DNA of 63,851 bases, the filler included, from Octopus bimaculoides (Eukaryota), in NCBI RefSeq assembly GCF_001194135.2. It is 5 parts of 5 records of this genome, joined end to end, with 100 filler letters (N's around TTAATTAATTAA, not from the genome) between each part and the next. Parts side by side here need not be neighbours in the genome. Positions count along the whole stretch, not along the records: positions 43,663 to 59,366 come from NC_069005.1; positions 59,467 to 62,736 come from NC_069000.1; positions 62,837 to 63,851 come from NW_026349971.1; 2 more parts are not named here. The stretch is one strand, 5' to 3'. Below the pieces are notes generated by a model. That model was not told the origin of the DNA. It made no database searches and worked only from the letters and a program-made list of their open reading frames with translations. The first letter of the stretch is position 1; each line of letters starts with the position of its first letter. Position numbers and translations under genes: made by a program. Shown piece after piece: positions 56,095 through 63,851 of this stretch.

Positions 56095-56660
56095 TCTTTT
56101 TATCACAGGTTCTATTGGAGTTCCTGGAGTCTTATGTGCGTAGCGGGCTTGCTGCCTGCAGCCTACGGTACTATGCTATCTGTTCTTTTCAACTATCTTT
56201 CTCGATTATTCTGGTCGTGCCAAGGAGGCAAACCTTTTGTAAGAGTTCTACTGGGCACTCTATTCCGATTTCTCTTGATGCTTTCTGATACTGTTCCTAA
56301 GGCCCCAATAATTGGCACTATCTTCGCCTTCTTCATTTTCCACAGCCGGGCTATTTCGTACTTAAGAGAGTTGTATTTCTATTTTTTCGCCTTCCTTCTT
56401 GACTATTCGTTGGTCAAAGGGACACGCAACATCAACTATACAGCACTTGTGGTGCATCTTGCCGACCACCACTAGGTCCGGTCTGTTATGCTCCAGCACC
56501 TGATCTGTTTGGAATGGGGAATCCCAGAGGATTTTGCAAGTCTCTAACTCCACCACTCTCTGCGGTTTGTGCTCATGTCACGTCTTGTCTATCTCTAGCT
56601 CCCACTTTTCGGACAGTTTCCAATGTAGCACTTTTGCTACCTTATCATATTACCACAACA
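56095..56660 (-). mobile_element. R4/Dong-clade 3' fragment (RLE endonuclease and 3' UTR)
   Basis: KILWDSPFQTDQVLEHNRPDLVVVGKMHHKCCIVDVACPFD, then IVPIIGALGTV. The 3' end abuts an (ATT)4 tract at about 56080-56093. Confidence 0.85.
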
Positions 56661-56663
56661 TAT

Positions 56664-56770
56664 TTGCCGTAGCCCATCTTTTATACCAAGACAAAATATG
56701 TACATGATAACACTTCCAATCAATGAAGATCAGAAGCCATGAGAGCCACTGCCTGGTACTGCATCCGGGC

Positions 56771-56771
<1 letters not shown>
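56664..56771 (-). repeat. (TAA)n-adjacent interspersed repeat X, copy 2
   Basis: Direct within-window match to about 52950-53048. Confidence 0.85.
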
Positions 56772-56828
<57 letters not shown>

Positions 56829-59365
56829 AAAGACTCTTCGATAGTTCTCAATTTCCGGTTATCCTTTACTTGAAAGCAGGCAATAACAAATCACCAAACG
56901 TTTCAAGTAGTGCCTTCTCCTGTGACTCAAAGAGACAATACTCTCCTTAGAATGCAATCTGTACCCAACAATGCCGTCTTCTGGATCACCTCGAGACTCA
57001 CAGCAGCTCCAATATTCTTAATGTTTTTCAAAGCACTTAGAAATTACTCCTAATGCTCCAATTACCATGGTATCACCATTACGTTCCTCATACTTTTCCT
57101 ATCTCGTCCCGCAGTGGCTGGTATTTCTCAATCTTTTCTGTTTCCATATATTTCACCCTCGAATCGCCTGGTATTGCTACATCTATTACCTTTACTTCTT
57201 ATTCATCTTTATGGATGAGCACGATATTTGGTTGTCTCGCCTTTGTGACTTGGTCGCACTGCATGTTAAAATCTCAGAGTACTTTGTAATGCTCGTTTTC
57301 CATTACTCTCTCTCTCTCTCTGGCTTGTGTTCATACCATTGTTCGGCACTCTCGAGGTTTGCTTTACCGCACAACAGCCAGTGGACATATCTGGCCACAT
57401 TGTCGTGTCTCCTTTTGTATTCGCGTTGTGCGAGCTTAGAGCACTCACTAACAATATGGCTTATACTTTCTCTCTTCTCAGAGCACATCCTACACTGTGG
57501 CGAATCATTGCTTTTATCAATGTGATATTTGGAGTAGTTTGTTCTGAGAGCTTGTTCACACTAATGCCTCAGTGGGCCCTTTTTAGTCTCCTTTCTGCAG
57601 CCATTGCCAGGTTCTATTCCAATCAATTTCATCTTTATTCTTCAAAAACTGACTCTGCATTTTCTTGTCCTCCTAAATTTTCTTCATCTGCTCTCTCTGG
57701 TCTTTCTTAAATTGTGTTGGATCTACGGCTTCGTTCACTTTTAAGGTTCCCTGCATTTTCACTGCTTTAACCATTTCTTCTTTACTCACCTTGACATACC
57801 AAACCAGTCTATTCTCCTCTTCCCTTACACAACTTTCACAACACACCAATCCTCGGCCTCCTTCTTTCCTCTTTACATGCAATCTTGACACATCACTCTT
57901 GGGGTGTAGTTCCTTGTTCCTTGTCATTAATTTACGTGTTCTCTGGTCTATCTCTTGTAATTCGTGCTTCTTCGAAGATACTATTCCTGCCCCATATCTC
58001 ATCAAAGCAACCGCTCACGTGTTAATTGCTCTAATCCTATAGCGGCCATTTAGCTTCGATTGGTGCACAAGCCGAGTTCTCCTCAAATACTCTTTCCTGT
58101 ACATTTCTTTCATCTTGCGTTCATCCATCTTATCTCTTTCAATGACATCCAAGTACTATTTCCTTCCTCTCCGACTTCCTTTATAGTTTCACCCCTTTCC
58201 AGCTTGATCCCTTGGCTTTTACTGATTTTCTCCCTTTTGAGAATCATTACACCACATTTCTCAATCCCAAATTCCATGCCAATATCTTTGCTAATCATCT
58301 GCACAGTTGCTGTCAAACTCTCAATTTCTTTCTCAATCTTAGTGAATAGCATTAGGTCATCCATAAAACACAGGTTGTTTCTTTCACCCAGCCTAACATG
58401 TATGCCACACGCATCTTTCTTAAAACGCTCGTTAGTGGCAGTGTACAGACAACAAATAAGAGAGGCGTGAGACTGTCCCCTTGAAAGATTCCTATTTTGA
58501 TATTTACTTCTCCCAGCTTATCTCCTCATGCTGTGAGTTCAGTTCGCCATGTTGTCATTGAGTTTTCTGTTAAGTTCAGGATACTGTGGGAGACCTTAAG
58601 CAGTTTAAGGTATTCAATAATCCACGAGTGTGAGACCATGTCATATGCTTTCCTGTAGTCCACCCATGCCATCGCCAAATTTTTGTGCCTCTTCTTGCAA
58701 TCAACCAGGATAATCTTATCGATTAGTAGTTGATCCTTCGTTCCTCTGCTCTTATGTCTACGCCCTTTTTGTTCCACTGGTAGTAGATCGTTCTCATCTA
58801 GGTACTTATAGATGTTGTGTGATATGAAGCCCGTCATCAGTTTCCACATCAGTGGCAAACAAGATATTGGTCGGAAATTTCCAACTGCATTCCCTTCATT
58901 TGGGTCCTTCTGGCATAGTACCGTTCTTCCTTTTGTCATCCAGGCCAGTACTTGGATGTCACTACTCAGTATTTCGTCCATCTGTCTCGCAATTCTCCTG
59001 TGCAGAGCCGTCAAGTTTTTAAACCAAAAGCCCTGAACCCCATCTGGGCCAGGTGCTTTCCAGTTAGGAATTTTCCTGCACTGATCTCTAATCATTTCGG
59101 TTATTCTCAATTCCTCCTCCTCCTGCTGATACTCTCCACTCTCCTCTTTGAGTGTCTTTAACTACTCTGCTTCAGTTTCGGGTTGTTTCTCCTGAGACCA
59201 TATGTTTGACCAGAATCTTTTACTTTCTTCAGCATCCGGCACGGCTTTTTCACCTTTTTCTTTCCCATCCAGTTCCTGATGGACTCGTTTCTGATTTTGT
59301 TCGAAAAGTCTGTTTAATCTGTACAGCTCAATTCTCTGTTCATATCTCTTTAGTTTATGTGCTTT
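56829..59365 (-). mobile_element. R4/Dong-clade non-LTR retrotransposon, degenerate
   Basis: [68 protein letters not shown] and CSEKRESISHIVSECSKLAQREYKRRHDNVA. The 3' UTR ends at the (ATT)n tract at 56772-56828. Confidence 0.9.
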
Positions 59366-59466
59366 ANNNNNNNNNNNNNNNNNNNNNNNNNNNNNNNNNN
59401 NNNNNNNNNNTTAATTAATTAANNNNNNNNNNNNNNNNNNNNNNNNNNNNNNNNNNNNNNNNNNNN

Positions 59467-59695
59467 CGACATGACCGTTGAAGTCTCCAGCCACAAAGAG
59501 AAGGTCCCTGTCACTCGTCGACGAGGTAGTTTGCAAGAGGGTGTCATAGAATTGGTCTTTCAGACCATCTGGTAGCCCCGGTTGAGGTGCATAGGCTGAG
59601 ATGACAGTAGCTAATCTATGATGAAGCACTAGTCTGATCTTAAGTACTCTGTCACTTACTCTAACAACCTCAATTACCTTATCATGCACATACAT
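59467..59695 (-). mobile_element. RTE-type apurinic endonuclease fragment
   Basis: VVRVSDRVLKIRLVL...VISAYAPQPGL...FYDTL...LFVAGDFNGHV. The fragment is cut by an assembly gap. Confidence 0.85.
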
Positions 59696-59723
59696 TTACA
59701 CATACATAGCACTCTCTTTTATG

Positions 59724-59766
<43 letters not shown>

Positions 59767-59964
59767 ATTATGAGCGTGATCATTATCATTATCATTTAAC
59801 GTCTGTTTTCCATGCTGGCATGGGTTGGCTGGATTGACCAGAGCTGACAAGCAGAAGAGCTACACCAGGTTCCACTTTGATTTGGCTTGATTTCTATGGC
59901 TGNNNNNNNNNNNNNNNNNNNNNNNNNNNNNNNNNNNNNNNNNNNNNNNNNNNNNNNNNNNNNN

Positions 59965-60049
<85 letters not shown>

Positions 60050-60199
60050 TATATACATTTAAAAATTTTTTGCTATTTAAGCAACCAGTAAAATATACAT
60101 TTTTCAGTTTGAAAACGGCTATTTGAACCTTGAAACTCATAAACAGAGTCATTCACTGTAAACATTATTATTAAAATAAAAATTATCCCCACTAAAAGC

Positions 60200-60235
<36 letters not shown>

Positions 60236-60240
<5 letters not shown>

Positions 60241-60520
60241 GATAACGTCTGCTTTCCATGCTGGCATGGGTTGGACGATTTGACAGAGGACTGGTGAACC
60301 AGATGGCTGCACCAGGCTCCAATCTGATCTGGCAGAGTTTCTACAGCTGGATGCCCTTCCTAACGCCAACCACTCCGAGAGTGTACTGGGTGCTTTTATG
60401 TGCCACTGGCATGATGGCCAGTCAGGTGGTACTGGCAACACCCACGCTCAAATTGTGTTTTTTACGTGCCATCAGCAGCACTGGCAACGACCTCGCTCGA
60501 ATGTTTTTTCATGCCACCAC
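60236..60520 (+). mobile_element. (CAT)n-associated repeat with RTE-like 3' motif
   Basis: aacgtctgctttccatgctggcatgggttgg...ctggatgcccttcctaacgccaacc. A second partial copy lies at about 59795-59882. Confidence 0.7.
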
Positions 60521-60645
60521 TAAAAGCCATCTCTACTCATTTTTCAAATATAATACTGATGATGATGATGATGATGGCGACGACGATGACGACTAAGACA
60601 ATGATGTTGATGATGATGATGAGGATAACAACAACAATGATGAAA

Positions 60646-60679
<34 letters not shown>

Positions 60680-61049
60680 CAATGACAACAACAACTATGA
60701 TGACAACAGCGACAATGATGATGACGACGATGATGATGATGATTTATGATGAACACATTTTTGTTCAATATGTTCATGGATTTTCTAAAGCTTTAAATTA
60801 TTTCTTTAAAAATCTGCTGTGAACCATTTGAGAACCACTGGTCTTTTATACCCTCACACTTGACAGTCTACACAAGAACAAAGTCTTGTATTGCTTTTTA
60901 ACAAATTGGGTTATTAGTTTCCTCTTAGTTCATTGCAAAGCAAACTTCAAACAAATTTCATATTCTATATGCGAGAGATATAAAAGTAAGAATTAGATTT
61001 GACAATATGATTGTAAGAATAAAAGAATACAAAGCATAAAAAAGGACAG

Positions 61050-62075
61050 TCATGGCTGTGTGGTAAGAAGCTTGCTTTCCAACCACATGGTTCAGGTTCA
61101 GTCCCCCTACATGGCACCTTGGGCAATTGTCTTCTGGGAGTCCCAACGTGACCAAAATCTTGTGAACAGAATTGGTAGATGGAAACTGAAAGAATCCCGT
61201 TGTGTATATACCTATATGTGTGTGTATTTTTGTGTCTGTGTTTGTCCCTCACCACTGCTTGACAACTGGTGTTGGTGTGTTTATGTCCCCATAACTTAGC
61301 AGTTTGGCAAAAGAGTCCAGTAAAATAAGCACCAGGCTTATATATAAGAAGAAACAAAACTAGAAAAGCACTCAGAGAGTGCAGACCTCCATCAAGCAGT
61401 TCATTTCCACCCATATACACGCATGCTGAAAATCGCCCAATTTCCCAAACCAATGCCAGCAAAAACATAACCTCTTTGTTGGGGGTAAAAATAAAATAAC
61501 ACAGTTGTATGATTTAAAAAAAAAAGACCCTTTAAAAACAGGAATCAGTTAAAGCAGTTATAATACATCTATGACAACAACAAGCTCTGTAGACCTCCGC
61601 CAATCAGCTCATTTTAAAATAGCTACACGAGTAAAATTACTAATAGAGAAACGAAAATAAATTTTGGAAACAGCAACACCACCATAGGTTACGTAGAAAC
61701 GATGAACATGTTTTCAAGGGAGATAATCAAAGAACATAACATTGTAATACTTGATGTAAAGTAAATATAACAAATAAAAAATCTTTCCAGAATCGATAAA
61801 AATTACTGGATCACTACCAAAATTTCATCATCTGTTCCTTGTGTCATTATCACCTTTTCCTGCAAGTTTTATTAAATACAGTTCACAGCTTTTTGAGTTA
61901 TTTTGCACACAGACAGACAGACGGACAAACCAATGCTGATGAAAACATAACCTCCTTCCTTGGTGGAGGTAAAAGTACTGGGGTTGATTCATTTGACTAA
62001 AAATTCTTTAAGGCAATGCTCCAGCATGGCTACAGTCTAATGACTGAAACAAGTAAAATGATAAAAATAAAAAGT
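61050..62075 (+). mobile_element. SINE family B interrupted by HINE insertion
   Basis: Head and body at 61050-61350. The tail resumes at about 61972 (gtactggggttgattc...gcatggctacagtctaatgactgaaacaag). Confidence 0.8.
61357..61972 (+). mobile_element. Two Helentron-associated (HINE/DINE-like) non-autonomous elements
   Basis: Subterminal inverted repeats acctccgccaa (about 61593-61603) and ttggtggaggt (61960-61970). A shorter copy at 61357-61488 (gacctccatcaag...aacataacctctttgttgggggtaa). (GACA)n lies near the 3' end. Confidence 0.6.
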
Positions 62076-63851
62076 AAAAAATAAAAATAAAAATGACTGG
62101 AGACAGAGTTTTTGTTTTAATGTAACATCTATTTTCAGCTGGATTCATTGGACAACATTTACCACAAAACTATTGCTACGAAACAACTCTTTTCTAGTTA
62201 AAATTTTATTGCTAACAAGATATTTTCATCAGCAGAAATAGGTTTAGTGTTAACACTATGTAAATACATCATCATTGCTGTGCTCACCATTATTAGTGAA
62301 GGCCACTTAGTGCATTGAATAAAATGAAGTAGGATAAAATATAATAAAATAAGAAAGAGAAAAGTTCTATTGTCAACAAATTTCTAGAAAATTTCCATCC
62401 AAAAATCAACAAATTTATTCAATTTCTTTTCCCTATGAAATACAACAGAGAAGGAGAAACATTTGAAAGGAGCCAAATGGAATTAGAGAATTTTGCCAAG
62501 GGGCAATATTGGATTGGGGAATGAGTAAGTCACTTCAAGTTAACTCAAGCACTCGTAATTGATTGCAGTTCTCCTCCTCTCAACCCACACTTAGCTTCAA
62601 ACCACACCACCCCTGCATGCCATGCTGTGCCATACACCGTCTCTCCTTTTCTTTCGAACCAACACACTTACGTTTCCCTTTCCCTCCTCCTCTCCACCAT
62701 CATCACCACCACCACCACCACCACCACCACTTGACTNNNNNNNNNNNNNNNNNNNNNNNNNNNNNNNNNNNNNNNNNNNNTTAATTAATTAANNNNNNNN
62801 NNNNNNNNNNNNNNNNNNNNNNNNNNNNNNNNNNNNGGAAAATCCAATGTATCCCTTCATCGGAGACGGTAATAGTAGAGGAATGAGTTTGGTTGAATCC
62901 AATACCCTTCATAACCTTATATATATATATATATAAATATATCAAAGATTTCCATGTTCTTCTTTCCCTCTGAGTCATTCATGTAACTTTACAGATTATA
63001 AATACAGAAATGTGTCTACTTTTCTTTACATACTGTGTACTATTTCTTGTATATAATCATAGCCGTCCACTTTTGTCAATGGAAGACCATCATGGAACGT
63101 GGAAAACTGCAAACGTGGTTGTTGACTACATGCTTACAATTCGTTAGGCTTGTACACTAACCCGACTTCCAATTGCCGCAGAACAAAGTTGGAATAAAAA
63201 TAAAAAGTGCAAGTTAGCAATGCCTGTGCAGCAGTTTAAGTCCAATAAGACTTGTGCATCGCCTCATAAACTCTTTTCCGCCTTATTATGATCCAAAGAT
63301 AAGTCAGATGTCTGCATCAATAAAATGCACTGGTCGAACGTGTATGGGCGTCATGATCTTCATCTGGCAAACAAGATCATCAAAATGAGTAAGATCTTTC
63401 TTTGGATAACAGATTTGATATAAAATCCACCATGTCCTAATGATAAAAAAAAACACTCAACGATTGCCTCACTCCTAGTGGTCTTACTACAAGCCGGACA
63501 CTGTCAGGCAATTTCTAAATCCCCGTTCTAACGCGCGCACATACACTCACTCTCACTAGTATGCACACACATCTTTTTATCTTTTTATTTTTTGCCTTTT
63601 ACTTGTTTCAGTCATTAGACTGCCGCCACGCTGGGGCACCGGCATGAAGAATTTTTAGTCGACTGGTTCGACCCCAGTACTTATCTTATCACCTTTTTAA
63701 AGCCTGGTACTTTTTCTATCGGTTGTTTTTCCCCGAACCGCTAGGTTATAGGGAGATAAACACACTAACACCGGTTGTCAAGCAGTGGTGGAAGATAAAC
63801 ACAGACACAAAGACACACACACACGTATGTGCGTGTATGTGTGTATATATA

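Noticed and set aside
63060-63500. Faint resemblance to Helitron helicase-proximal peptides
   Set aside because: Too degenerate to support without a profile search.

Overview
A repeat-dominated eukaryotic intergenic or intronic window from a draft assembly with about 16 N-gaps, most of them abutting dinucleotide microsatellites. The repeat families and microsatellite load resemble a coleoid cephalopod such as Octopus; this is an inference from memory, not a database result. No host protein-coding gene can be supported. Nearly all supplied ORFs are microsatellite or N-gap read-throughs, or fragments of decayed transposons. Recognisable content: four R4/Dong-type RLE-LINE remnants (three piled up on (TAA)n tracts at 52.8-59.4 kb), CR1-, RTE- and Tx1/L1-like relics, three mariner relics and one Tc1 relic, many tRNA-derived SINEs (often in head-to-tail multimers), and Helitron/Helentron-type non-autonomous elements. 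The most interesting signal is a nearly canonical minimal type I hammerhead ribozyme on the minus strand at 52257-52319, with a decayed sibling at about 46432-46477, both probably of Penelope or retrozyme origin. Alignments and translations were done by eye, so element boundaries are approximate.
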